Part shown: positions 49,005 through 57,730 of the stretch, one piece after another
Numbering within the stretch: position 1 is the stretch's first letter
Layout: each line of letters opens with the position of its first letter
Source of the DNA: Eubacteriales bacterium
Lineage (GTDB): Bacteria > Bacillota > Clostridia > Oscillospirales > CAG-272
Direction: 5' to 3'
Assembly (NCBI GenBank): GCA_045657225.1
Contig: JAZOSR010000082.1
Location: 1 to 58,728, forward strand
DNA: 58,728 nt
Made by a program: the position numbers and the translations under genes
The notes under the pieces: model-generated
Told to the model about the DNA's origin: nothing
The model's input: the letters and a program-made list of their open reading frames with translations, nothing else
The model's database searches: none

Positions 49005-50324
49005 TTATTTGGTTGAGGGGGATAATTCTTTTTGTTCGGTTGCTGTTTCGGCGGCGGACTGTTTGGCAGCATCGCGTGCGCTGGTCTTGCCCTCGGGCTT
49101 GATCTCGCCTGCCTTCAGGAGCGCCATCTTGGTCAGCATCGGACCGAAAAGCTCGTAAATGAGGACTGCAAGCAGCGTGATATTGGCAACGATCGCGCCC
49201 TGCTCGCCAAGAGCTTGCGCCTTGATTGCCATACCGAGCGCAACGCCCGCCTGAGGCAGAAGCGTAATGCCAAGGTATTTGACGATGTTTTTGTCGCAGT
49301 GGGTGATCTGCGCACTTGCGCGTGCGCCAAAATATTTGCCGATCGAGCGGGCGATGATGTAAACAACACCAATGAGCACCACGGCACCCTGCTTGAAGAC
49401 CGAAAGCTCAAGCTCTGCGCCGCTGAGAACGAAAAAGAGAATGTAAAGGGGACCCGTCCAGCGGTCAAGGCGGTCCATCAGCTCCTCGGAGAAGTCACAC
49501 AGGTTGCAGAACACCGTGCCGAGCATCATGCAGGAAAGGAGAGAGGAGAAGGCGACGTGTACACTGCCGATGTGAAAATCGACCATCGAGATCGCGACGG
49601 TGACGAATACGAACGCCACGGACATGGAAAGACGCTTGGAGCGAGAGTGGAAGAAGCGCTCGCAATAGGTAAACAGCAGACCCATCAGGAAGCCAAGACC
49701 AAGGGAGAGCACAACCTCAAGAATCGGCTCAAGAATGATGGAGATAACGTCCACGGAGCCGGAGATCAGTGCTTTTGCAATACCAAAGGATATGGCGAAG
49801 AGGACAAGACCTACGGCGTCATCCAGTGCCACTACGGGCAAAAGCACGTCCGTGACAGGACCCTTTGCCTTGTACTGACGCACGACCATGAGGGTTGCGG
49901 CAGGTGCCGTTGCGGATGCTACCGCGCCCAGCACGATGGCGGCGGGGAGGGGAAGCACGTCGGGCATTGCAAAATGCAGAGCGATAAGTGCGGCATCAAC
50001 CAAAAGTGTGGTAATAACCGCTTGGAAAATACCGATGACAGTGGCTTTTTTGCCGATCTGTTTTAACTGTGCGAGGCGGAACTCGTTGCCGATGCAAAAG
50101 GCGATAAAGCCAAGCGCCACGTCAGAGATAATGCCGAAGGAATCGACATTTTCGTGGCTGACAAAGCCAAGTCCCTCGATACCGATGGCACCGAGCAGAT
50201 AAGGACCGATCAAAATACCCGCCACGAGATATGCCGTGACTGCGGGCAGACCTGCCATTTTGGCAAGACGAGAGAGCATAAGCCCCGAAAACAACGCGAT
50301 CGACAGGGCAAGTAAGGTTTCCAT
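49005..50324 (-). CDS. cation:proton antiporter (CPA2-like)
   Basis: Polytopic protein starting METLLALSIALFSGLMLSRLAKMAGLPAVTAYLVAGILIGP, typical of the Kef/NapA-type N-terminus. ATG at 50324 follows an AAGAGGTG SD. Confidence 0.8.
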   Translation of the reverse strand: METLLALSIALFSGLMLSRLAKMAGLPAVTAYLVAGILIGPYLLGAIGIEGLGFVSHENVDSFGIISDVALGFIAFCIGNEFRLAQLKQIGKKATVIGIFQAVITTLLVDAALIALHFAMPDVLPLPAAIVLGAVASATAPAATLMVVRQYKAKGPVTDVLLPVVALDDAVGLVLFAISFGIAKALISGSVDVISIILEPILEVVLSLGLGFLMGLLFTYCERFFHSRSKRLSMSVAFVFVTVAISMVDFHIGSVHVAFSSLLSCMMLGTVFCNLCDFSEELMDRLDRWTGPLYILFFVLSGAELELSVFKQGAVVLIGVVYIIARSIGKYFGARASAQITHCDKNIVKYLGITLLPQAGVALGMAIKAQALGEQGAIVANITLLAVLIYELFGPMLTKMALLKAGEIKPEGKTSARDAAKQSAAETATEQKELSPSTK

Positions 50325-50539
50325 AAAAACACCTCTTTGATGATATATAATAAAATAGGTAGCGCTTAAAAAAACGCACAATGAAGATTATAACACCGTG
50401 TCCCTTTCATGTCAATACAAAAAACAAGAAAAGCAAAGAAAAATGCTCAAAAAACGAAAAAATAAAAGAAAGGAGCCTCCTTTTTCTTGTTAAAAGTCCA
50501 AATTGACCTTTAGCAGTGCGCTTTGTGCGAAAATGGGAT

Positions 50540-50568
50540 TTGATTTTTTGGGGGCGCTGTGATAAAAT
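50540..50568 (+). promoter_or_regulatory. candidate promoter (TTGATT-17-TAAAAT with TG extension)
   Basis: Hexamers at 50540-50545 and 50563-50568. It predicts a leader of about 185 nt before the CNNM gene. Confidence 0.45.
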
Positions 50569-50758
50569 ATTGGCAAATATTTTGAAAAAGGAGTTGGTTT
50601 TGTGGATCCGTTACCTCGAAGTAGCATCCCTTACAGGAGCAGAAAAAGTGCAATGAGCATGAATTTCCTCATGAATTTATGGCAAGAGGCGCAAGCCCCA
50701 TTAATTCAAAAAATGCCGTTCCGAGGCGGCAGCGACAAACAGGGAGGTGCTTATTGAC

Positions 50759-52093
50759 ATGGTTAAGCAGTTAATATTACAAATTGTTTTGATTTTACTT
50801 AACGCATTTTTTGCCGCCACCGAGATCGCCGTTATTTCCTTAAATGAGAAAAAGGTGCGTGCACAGGCGGAAGACGGTAACAAAAAGGCGAAAAAGCTAT
50901 TAAAAATTATTGAGGACCCCACCAAGTTTCTCTCCACCATTCAGATCGGCATTACGCTGGCGGGCTTTCTCGGCTCGGCGTTTGCTGCGGATAACTTTGC
51001 CGAGCGATTGACGGCGTTTTTGGTCGGATCCTTTGGAATAGCATCCGAGAACATCGGCATCATCAACACGGTGTCCGTTATTGTGATCACGCTGATTCTT
51101 TCGTATTTTACATTGGTGCTCGGTGAGCTGGTTCCCAAGCGCGTTGCCATGCGTCACAAGGAAAAGCTGGCGAATATCTCGTGCAGCATCATATCGGCGC
51201 TCAGTGTCGTATTAAAGCCCGTTATTTGGTTTTTGACGGTTTCTACCAATGCGATGCTTCATTTGTTTCGCATTGATCCGCACGCCAAGGAGGAGGCAGT
51301 GTCCGAGGAGGATATTGTAATCATGCTTGACGCGGGCGTTGACGACGGCACGCTTGATAAGGAAGATATTACCTACATCAAAAACGTTTTCAAACTTGAT
51401 AATCTCACCGCCGCAGACGTAATGACGCAGCGTGCGGAGGTGATCGCACTTCCGCTTAACGCAGACGATGCCTTTGTGTTTGACGTGATTGCAAGGGAGG
51501 GCTATTCCCGCATCCCCGTATACGAGGAGGATATTGATCACATTGTGGGTGTGCTGCGGGCGAAGGATTATTTGCTACATCGTAACGATGCGGGCTTTTC
51601 TTTGAAGGAAAGCCTTGCGGCACCGGAGTTTGTGCCAGAAACGGCACATCTTGACGTAGTGCTCAAGGGCATGCAAAAGCGCCACACGCATCTTTCTGTC
51701 GTAGTCAACGAGTACGGCATGATGTCGGGCATCGTTACGATGGAGGATATTTTGGAGGAGCTGGTTGGAGAAATTCTTGACGAGCAGGATGACGAGGCGG
51801 TAGCCCCGATCAGAGAGATCGGCGACGGCGTATTTCGCGTGCAATCCATGGTTTCGATTGAAGAGTTTTTTGACTTTTTCTCCCTTAATACCGATGAAAG
51901 CATTGTTTCGACAACCGTCAACGGATGGTTGATGGAGCTTTGCGGCGCTATCCCTGCAGTTTCTTATACCGCCGTGTACGAAAACCTCACGCTTACCGTA
52001 GTCGAGGCGGATCAGCAAATGACCCACGAGATTGAGGTTTGTGTGCAAAGCGAGCAGACGGGGGATGAGGGCGAGCAGACTGCCGCCCGTTAA
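50759..52093 (+). CDS. CNNM/CorC-family (DUF21-CBS pair-CorC_HlyC) hemolysin-family protein, putative divalent-cation exporter
   Basis: Contains LNAFFAATEIAVISLN (DUF21), the CBS pair (RIPVYEEDIDHIVGVL; VVNEYGMMSGIVTMEDILEELVGEI) and a C-terminal CorC_HlyC domain. ATG at 50759 is 9 nt after GGGAGGTG. Confidence 0.85.
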   Translation: MVKQLILQIVLILLNAFFAATEIAVISLNEKKVRAQAEDGNKKAKKLLKIIEDPTKFLSTIQIGITLAGFLGSAFAADNFAERLTAFLVGSFGIASENIGIINTVSVIVITLILSYFTLVLGELVPKRVAMRHKEKLANISCSIISALSVVLKPVIWFLTVSTNAMLHLFRIDPHAKEEAVSEEDIVIMLDAGVDDGTLDKEDITYIKNVFKLDNLTAADVMTQRAEVIALPLNADDAFVFDVIAREGYSRIPVYEEDIDHIVGVLRAKDYLLHRNDAGFSLKESLAAPEFVPETAHLDVVLKGMQKRHTHLSVVVNEYGMMSGIVTMEDILEELVGEILDEQDDEAVAPIREIGDGVFRVQSMVSIEEFFDFFSLNTDESIVSTTVNGWLMELCGAIPAVSYTAVYENLTLTVVEADQQMTHEIEVCVQSEQTGDEGEQTAAR

Positions 52094-52175
52094 AACAAAA
52101 TTTTTGATTTAGGTATAGCATTTTCGAAAAAAGTATGATACAATAGGAATATAAACTTCAAAGGAGGTTGTTTTC

Positions 52176-52385
52176 ATGAAGGAAAATTATATGGTATGCA
52201 ACTGCATGCAGGTTAGTTACGTTACAATCGCAGATGCCGTTCACGCGCACACCGAGCTTGCTGACGTCGTTAAGGTGTTTGAAGAGGTGCAGAAGCAAAC
52301 GCATTGCTCCACGGGCTGCGGTGGCTGTCACGACAAGGTGATGAAGATCATTTCCGATATCGTGATGGGCGAATCTATTGCTTAA
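52176..52385 (+). CDS. BFD-like [2Fe-2S]-binding domain protein
   Basis: 69 aa with the Cys pattern C-x-C ... C-x3-C-x2-C (VCNCMQV ... HCSTGCGGCH). AAAGGAGG SD. Confidence 0.7.
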   Translation: MKENYMVCNCMQVSYVTIADAVHAHTELADVVKVFEEVQKQTHCSTGCGGCHDKVMKIISDIVMGESIA

Positions 52386-52443
52386 GTAAGGCGACATTTC
52401 TTTTGCGCAGACCAAAAACACACACGTATAATTTGTTTTAAAC

Positions 52444-52495
52444 AACCGCTCTCGCTTTAACTTTTTATGGTAAGTGAGAGCGGTTGCGCTTTTTG
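52444..52495 (+). terminator. rho-independent terminator
   Basis: AACCGCTCTC ... GAGAGCGGTT followed by GCGCTTTTT. Confidence 0.7.
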
Positions 52496-52651
52496 AAATA
52501 GTTTAAGGTAAAAATTCGCTTTGCGAATTTTATTTAATGTGTGTTTTTTAGACGCGCTCTCGGCACTCGACGTATATCATACGCCTCACGTGCCGAGATC
52601 GTGCCTTCTGCATCAAAATAAATGCCACCTCGCGCCGCTTTTTGCGTAGGA

Positions 52652-52692
52652 CAAAAATACCCCGTTACCTTCCATATGGGAGGTAACGGGGT
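52652..52692 (-). terminator. terminator of the aspS-gatCAB operon
   Basis: ACCCCGTTACCT-tccatatggg-AGGTAACGGGGT hairpin immediately downstream of the gatB stop, with T-runs on both strands. Confidence 0.8.
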
Positions 52693-52699
52693 GCTTTTT

Positions 52700-54136
52700 T
52701 TATGCTTTATTTACGGCATCGATCAGAAGCGTGCGGAGAAGCTGCGGGTCACAGTTGCCCTTCAGCTGCTTCATGCACTTGCCAAAGAGTGCCATCAAGG
52801 CTTTTTCCTTGCCGCCCTTGAAATCGGCAACGGCGCGGGGGTCAGCGGCAATCGCCTCGGCGATCACCTTTTCGATCAGACCTGTGTCGTTTGACACGAT
52901 AAAGCCGTTTTCCTTTGCATACGTTTCGGGGTCAAGGTCCTGTTCGAACATTTCGGCAAGAATTTTCTTGGCGTTGCCACGACCGACCTTGCCGTCTACC
53001 ACAAGGGTTATGAGGCGACCGAGCGCCTCGCCGTCCACGGTCAGCTGATCGGCAGTCTTGCCTGCCTTATTTAAAATGTTCATGCAGTCGGAGATCAGCC
53101 AGTTTGCTGCCTCCTTTGCGTTACCGCATACCTTGGTCGCACCCTCAAAGCAATCGCAAAGCGCGCGAGAGGAGGTGAGAATATCGGCATCGTATTCGCC
53201 AAGCTCAAGCTCGCTCATATAGCGCGCCTTCTTGACCTCGGGGAATTCGGGCAGACTCTTTTGGGTCTTTTCGTACCACTCGTCGTCAATGACGATGGGC
53301 ATGACGTTGGGGTCGGGGAAATAGCGGTAATCACCCGCCGTTTCCTTGGTGCGCATCGCAAAGCTCTTACCCTTCACGTCGTCCCAACGGCGTGTTTCCT
53401 GAACCAAGACCTCGGTTCCGTTTTCAAGTGCGTCGATATGGCGTGCGGTTTCGTACGCGATGGCGCGCTCAATGGCGGAAAGAGAGTTCATGTTCTTCAT
53501 TTCGGTGCGCACACCGAGCTTATCGCTGCCCTCGGGGCGAACGGACAGGTTGACGTCACAGCGCATAGAGCCCTGCTCCATACGGCACTCCGACACCTTT
53601 GCAAAGCGAAGGAGCGAGCGCAGGCGCTCAAGGTAGGCAATGACCTCCTCCGCAGAGGAAAGGTCGGGCTGGCTGACGATCTCAATGAGCGGAACGCTCG
53701 TGCGGTTGAAGTCAACGAGCGTGGTGTCGGTCCAGTCGTCGTGCACCAGCTTGCCCGCGTCCTCCTCCATGTGGATCTGCTTAATGCGGATCGCCTTCTT
53801 GCCCTTTGAGGTTTCGATCTCTACGGTGCCGTTGACGGCAACGGGGGAGAACCACTGCGTCGTTTGGTAGGCAGCGGGCAGGTCGGGGTAATAATAGCTT
53901 TTCTTATCAAACGTGGTGGTGCGGTTGATGTGGCAGTTCAGCATCATACCGGCGGTCATGCCAAGCTCAACGACCTTTTTGTTCACGATCGGGAGCATGC
54001 CGGGCATACCGCAGCAGGCGGGGCAAACGTGGTCGTTTTGCTCACCGCCGAACTTGGCGGAGCAGGAGCAGAAGATCTTGGAGGCGGTTGCCATTTCAAC
54101 GTGTACCTCAAGACCGATGACTGTTTCGTATCTCAT
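52700..54136 (-). CDS. gatB: Asp-tRNA(Asn)/Glu-tRNA(Gln) amidotransferase subunit B
   Basis: MRYETVIGLEVHVEM ... CPACCGMPGMLP ... KSYYYPDLPAAYQTTQ and a C-terminal YqeY-like tail. The ATG at 54136 is 1 nt after the gatA stop (TGATATG). Confidence 0.93.
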   Translation of the reverse strand: MRYETVIGLEVHVEMATASKIFCSCSAKFGGEQNDHVCPACCGMPGMLPIVNKKVVELGMTAGMMLNCHINRTTTFDKKSYYYPDLPAAYQTTQWFSPVAVNGTVEIETSKGKKAIRIKQIHMEEDAGKLVHDDWTDTTLVDFNRTSVPLIEIVSQPDLSSAEEVIAYLERLRSLLRFAKVSECRMEQGSMRCDVNLSVRPEGSDKLGVRTEMKNMNSLSAIERAIAYETARHIDALENGTEVLVQETRRWDDVKGKSFAMRTKETAGDYRYFPDPNVMPIVIDDEWYEKTQKSLPEFPEVKKARYMSELELGEYDADILTSSRALCDCFEGATKVCGNAKEAANWLISDCMNILNKAGKTADQLTVDGEALGRLITLVVDGKVGRGNAKKILAEMFEQDLDPETYAKENGFIVSNDTGLIEKVIAEAIAADPRAVADFKGGKEKALMALFGKCMKQLKGNCDPQLLRTLLIDAVNKA

Positions 54137-54137
54137 A

Positions 54138-55247
54138 TCATTTGCCCTCCTTTTCAAGCATTTGTGCGAGCGAGAGAAGCGCACCGTCGCTAAAGGCGGG
54201 ACCCATCAGCTGTACACCCGCGACAACGACAGCAGGTAGACCCGTGATCGAGGCGGGGGCAGTATATTTGTTTTCAACAAATACGTTGTCGCTGTCGGTA
54301 TAAGCCGCCTTGGAAACGGCAGGCATGAGTACGGCATCAAACTCATCAAAGAGCTTGGCAAAAGCTTCTACAATCACGCGGCGCACGCGGAGTGCCTTGT
54401 CGTACTTTGCCATATAATTTTTGGTGGAAAGCACGTCGGAGCCGTAAAGAATGGCGGTTTTCAGGAGCATGCCGAACGCCTCGGTGCGGCTGCCCGTGTA
54501 AAGCTCGTCAAGGTTTTTGTAATTCTTGGTGCGGTAGCCGTATTTGATACCGTCATAGCGCGAAACGTTGTTGCAAAGCTCGGCGGACATGAGGATATTC
54601 CATGCGGCATTTGCGGCGGCGATGTCGCCCGCGTCGATCGCGGTGATTTCAATGCCCTTTGCTTCAAGCGCGGCAACAGCGGCATTTGTCGCATCGTTGT
54701 CGTCCATTTTCAAAACAGCGACCTTTTTGATCTGCTTGTCGCTTGCAAGCGCGCCGCGACAAACCTCGTCGGCGTGCATCGTGCCGTCGCGCTCGTCCTT
54801 GCCGACGATCGCGCCGAATACCTCGCGGCAGTCGGCGGTGCTGTTTGCCATGACGCCCACGCACTCGCCCGAGCAGGCAACGGGTACCGTGCCAAAGCGG
54901 GAAACGATGCCGTAGGTAGGCTTTGCAAAGACAAAGCCGTTTTGCGCGGCAATGCGGCGGGGTGCGCCGTTGACGTCAAGCATTAAAACAGCGTTTGCGC
55001 CGTTTTCAAGAACGCCCTTTGCGGTTATGTCGCTTGCGGTCGCGTTCGTCTCGCCCACAAGGTCGATGGCAAATTCGCCAACGGCAACCTTGCAACCGTT
55101 CTCGTCACCAACGGTAATGCCGGCGGCGGTCAGCTTTTCGACAACGGTAGCCGCAAAGGGGCTGACGTAGCCGTCAAGCATTTTAGAGCCTGCGGTGGTG
55201 GGGCAACAGGTGGTGAGGATCATTTGATCAAGATATACTTTTTTCAT
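54138..55247 (-). CDS. GatA-like amidase-fold subunit, short and apparently lacking the Ser-cisSer-Lys triad
   Basis: 369 aa between gatC and gatB with its own AAGGAGG SD. GatA-like blocks are present: TTAGSKMLDGYVSPFAATVVEKL, AKPTYGIVSRFG, SRYDGIKYGYR and TAPASITGLPAVVV. But KDN reads LDQ, GGSSGGS is absent, and GGSIRQPA reads NGAPRRIA. Confidence 0.8.
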   Translation of the reverse strand: MKKVYLDQMILTTCCPTTAGSKMLDGYVSPFAATVVEKLTAAGITVGDENGCKVAVGEFAIDLVGETNATASDITAKGVLENGANAVLMLDVNGAPRRIAAQNGFVFAKPTYGIVSRFGTVPVACSGECVGVMANSTADCREVFGAIVGKDERDGTMHADEVCRGALASDKQIKKVAVLKMDDNDATNAAVAALEAKGIEITAIDAGDIAAANAAWNILMSAELCNNVSRYDGIKYGYRTKNYKNLDELYTGSRTEAFGMLLKTAILYGSDVLSTKNYMAKYDKALRVRRVIVEAFAKLFDEFDAVLMPAVSKAAYTDSDNVFVENKYTAPASITGLPAVVVAGVQLMGPAFSDGALLSLAQMLEKEGK

Positions 55248-55257
55248 GTCGTCCTCC

Positions 55258-55539
55258 TTACTCCACTACACGGGGGACCTGCCAATAGCCGTCCATCGTT
55301 TCGGGCGCGCCCTTTTGCAGCTCGTCACGCGAAAAGAGCTTTATTTCCTTGTCCTCGCGCACCACGGTCATGATAGGCAAAACGTGTACCATGCGCTCGG
55401 TTTCGTCGGTATTGATTGCATTTAACTTGTCAAGGTCTGCCTCGCGCTCACCGAAGAATGCGAGCATATCCTCGCGCTCCTTGTCGGTGAGTGAAAGCTG
55501 ATTGACCTTTTCAAGCAAAACGAGAGTTTCCTTTTCCAT
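55258..55539 (-). CDS. gatC: Asp-tRNA(Asn)/Glu-tRNA(Gln) amidotransferase subunit C
   Basis: 93 aa: MEKETLVLLEKVNQLSLTDKERE ... GYWQVPRVVE. ATG at 55539 is 8 nt after AAGGAG. Confidence 0.85.
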   Translation of the reverse strand: MEKETLVLLEKVNQLSLTDKEREDMLAFFGEREADLDKLNAINTDETERMVHVLPIMTVVREDKEIKLFSRDELQKGAPETMDGYWQVPRVVE

Positions 55540-55570
55540 AATGTGATCTCCTTGTAAAATCGGGGATAGA

Positions 55571-57346
55571 TCAGTCACGTACCTTGATGTGGACCTCGCG
55601 CAGCTGCTGCTCGGTGACCTCGCCGGGTGCACCCATCATCAGATCCTGCGCATTGCCGTTAAGCGGGAAGGCAATAACATCGCGAATGGTGTCCTCCTCG
55701 GCGATCAGCATGATCATGCGGTCAACGCCGGGTGCCATGCCCGCGTGGGGCGGTGCGCCGTAGGAGAATGCGGTGTAAAGCGCGCCGAACTTTGCTTTAA
55801 CGTCAGCCTCGCCGTAGCCCGCGATCTCAAATGCCTTGCGCATGATCTCGGGGTTGTGGTTACGCACGGCACCGGAGGAAAGCTCCACGCCGTTACATAC
55901 GATGTCGTACTGATAAGCAAAGATCTCAAGCGGATCCTTGTTAAGAAGCGCGTCCATGCCGCCCTGAGGCATAGAGAAGGGGTTGTGGGTAAAGTCGATC
56001 TTGCCTGTTTCCTCGTTTCTCTCGTACATGGGGAAATCAACGATGAAGCAGAACTCGAAGCGATCCTTGCGAATGAGACCAAGCTCATTGGCGATCCAGG
56101 TGCGCATCTGACCTGCAAGGGAGTTGATCACGGCGGGTGCGTCGCTGATGAAGAACAGAGAATCGCCCTCCTTGATGCCGCAAAGTGCGGTCAGCTCTGC
56201 CTTTTCCTCGTCAGAAAGGAACTTGGCAATGGGACCCTTGTATTCGCCGTCCTCAAGCGTGATATAGCCACAGCCAAACTTCATGCCGATGCTGCGGGAG
56301 TAGGTGTCGATTGCCTTTTCAAATGCCTTCTTGCCGTCGCCCTCGCCGTCCTTCTTAACAAGGTAGTTGGCAACGATGCCGCGCACGAGCTTGTTCTTGA
56401 AGGGAATGGTACGACCGTTGATTTCAAGGAAATCGTGGCTTGCGAAGAAGCCCGTGAGGTCCTTGATCTCAAGGGGGTTACGAAGGTCGGGCTTATCGGT
56501 GCCGTATTTGAGCATCGCGTCGGCAAAGGTAATGCGGCGGAAGGGGGGCTCGCCCACCTCCTTGCCCGAGAACTTCTTGAAGGTGCTATAAACGACCTGC
56601 TCGGCAACGGCGAAGACGTCCTCTTGCGTGGCAAACGACATTTCAAAGTCGAGCTGGTAAAACTCACCCGGCGAGCGGTCCTGGCGTGCGTCCTCATCGC
56701 GGAAGCAGGGTGCGATCTGGAAGTAACGGTCAAAGCCCGAAGCCATCAGCAGCTGCTTGAACTGCTGGGGAGCTTGGGGGAGTGCGTAAAACTTGCCCTT
56801 GTGCTTACGGGAGGGAACGAGATAGTCACGCGCGCCCTCGGGAGAGGAAGCCGTGAGAATGGGGGTCTGCACCTCAAGGAAGCCAAGCGCCTCCATTTGT
56901 GCGCGCAGATAGGAAATGACCTTGGCGCGCAGGACGATATTGTCGTGGATCTTCTTGTTGCGCAGGTCAAGGAAGCGGTGCTTCAGGCGCACCTCCTCGC
57001 GCGTTTGGGTAGAGGTGCCGATCTCAAAGGGAAGAGCCAGCTGGCAGGGGCCAAGGACCTCAATGTAGTTGGCGCGCACCTCAATAAGACCCGTGTCGAT
57101 CTTCTGGTTGACGGTTTCTGCGTCACGCTCGGTGACGGTGCCCTTGATGAGCACAACGGTTTCCTTGGTGATGCCCGAGAGCATCTTATCGTCGGAAAAG
57201 ACGACCTGGGTAATGCCGTAATGGTCGCGCAGGTCAACGAACAAAACGCCACCGTGGTCGCGGATCGTGTCGACCCAACCGGTAAGGGTTACGCTCTGAC
57301 CGATGTGGCTCTTGTTCAGCTCGTTACAGGTATGTGTTCTTAACAT
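55571..57346 (-). CDS. aspS: aspartate--tRNA ligase (bacterial type with GAD insertion; candidate non-discriminating enzyme)
   Basis: Contains LRTHTCNELNKSHIGQSVTLTGWV (OB fold), QAPQQFKQLLMASGFDRYFQIAPCFRDED (motif 2 region) and GAPPHAGMAPGVDR (motif 3). ATG at 57346 follows a GGAGG SD. Confidence 0.92.
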   Translation of the reverse strand: MLRTHTCNELNKSHIGQSVTLTGWVDTIRDHGGVLFVDLRDHYGITQVVFSDDKMLSGITKETVVLIKGTVTERDAETVNQKIDTGLIEVRANYIEVLGPCQLALPFEIGTSTQTREEVRLKHRFLDLRNKKIHDNIVLRAKVISYLRAQMEALGFLEVQTPILTASSPEGARDYLVPSRKHKGKFYALPQAPQQFKQLLMASGFDRYFQIAPCFRDEDARQDRSPGEFYQLDFEMSFATQEDVFAVAEQVVYSTFKKFSGKEVGEPPFRRITFADAMLKYGTDKPDLRNPLEIKDLTGFFASHDFLEINGRTIPFKNKLVRGIVANYLVKKDGEGDGKKAFEKAIDTYSRSIGMKFGCGYITLEDGEYKGPIAKFLSDEEKAELTALCGIKEGDSLFFISDAPAVINSLAGQMRTWIANELGLIRKDRFEFCFIVDFPMYERNEETGKIDFTHNPFSMPQGGMDALLNKDPLEIFAYQYDIVCNGVELSSGAVRNHNPEIMRKAFEIAGYGEADVKAKFGALYTAFSYGAPPHAGMAPGVDRMIMLIAEEDTIRDVIAFPLNGNAQDLMMGAPGEVTEQQLREVHIKVRD

Positions 57347-57410
57347 AATCAAAATCCTCCGTTAACAGTAATTTTATCATAACCAATTTTAGCAAAATTA
57401 ATGGGTGAAA

Positions 57411-57662
57411 AACAAAAAACGCCTCTCATCCCACCATGGGACGAAAGACGACTTCCGCGATACCACCCAAATTGACCGTAAGGTCCACCTCATTGCATCT
57501 TGACGCGATGAACGTGCGGTTCTACTTGCCACGTGGCTTTCTTCCGCCGGCTCCGGAGTGTTTTTCGTCGGATAACTGTCGCCGTATTCGCACCAACAAC
57601 GGCTCTCTGTGGACGTTTTGTCCGATTACTCGCTCCATCAAAGCTTTTCTTCTTATTTTATA
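57411..57662 (-). promoter_or_regulatory. T-box riboswitch leader of aspS-gatCAB
   Basis: Minus-strand elements: GAUGGAGCGAGUA (GA/S-turn), ACAGAGAGC (AGAGA box), UGGUGCGAA (distal loop), and the T-box sequence AAUUUGGGUGGUAUCGCGG (57455-57473). A 14-bp terminator stem (57420-57450) is followed by UUUUUU. Confidence 0.85.
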
Positions 57663-57668
57663 TATGGA

Positions 57669-57697
57669 ATTGTATCACATTTTTTTTGGCGTGTCAA
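57669..57697 (-). promoter_or_regulatory. promoter of the T-box leader (TTGACA-17-TACAAT, TG-extended)
   Basis: The -10 is at 57669-57674 and the -35 at 57692-57697 (plus-strand coordinates). Confidence 0.6.
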
Positions 57698-57730
57698 GAG
57701 TGCGGAAAAAAATTTTTATGTTACCATAAT

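Noticed and set aside
50575-50758. Assignment of the CNNM leader to the M-box (Mg) or yybP-ykoY (Mn) riboswitch families.
   Set aside because: The hallmark M-box strand GUUAGGUGAGGCUCC is absent, as are the yybP-ykoY GGGGAGUAG and UUGACAUA elements. Only loose resemblance remains, so it is kept as an unclassified leader in the findings.
52511-52597. Extra hairpins in the convergent BFD/gatB intergenic region, as a possible sRNA. They are AAAATTCGC-ttt-GCGAATTTT and CTCGGCAC...GTGCCGAG.
   Set aside because: They lie between two convergent terminators and no promoter is recognisable. They are more likely auxiliary termination structures.
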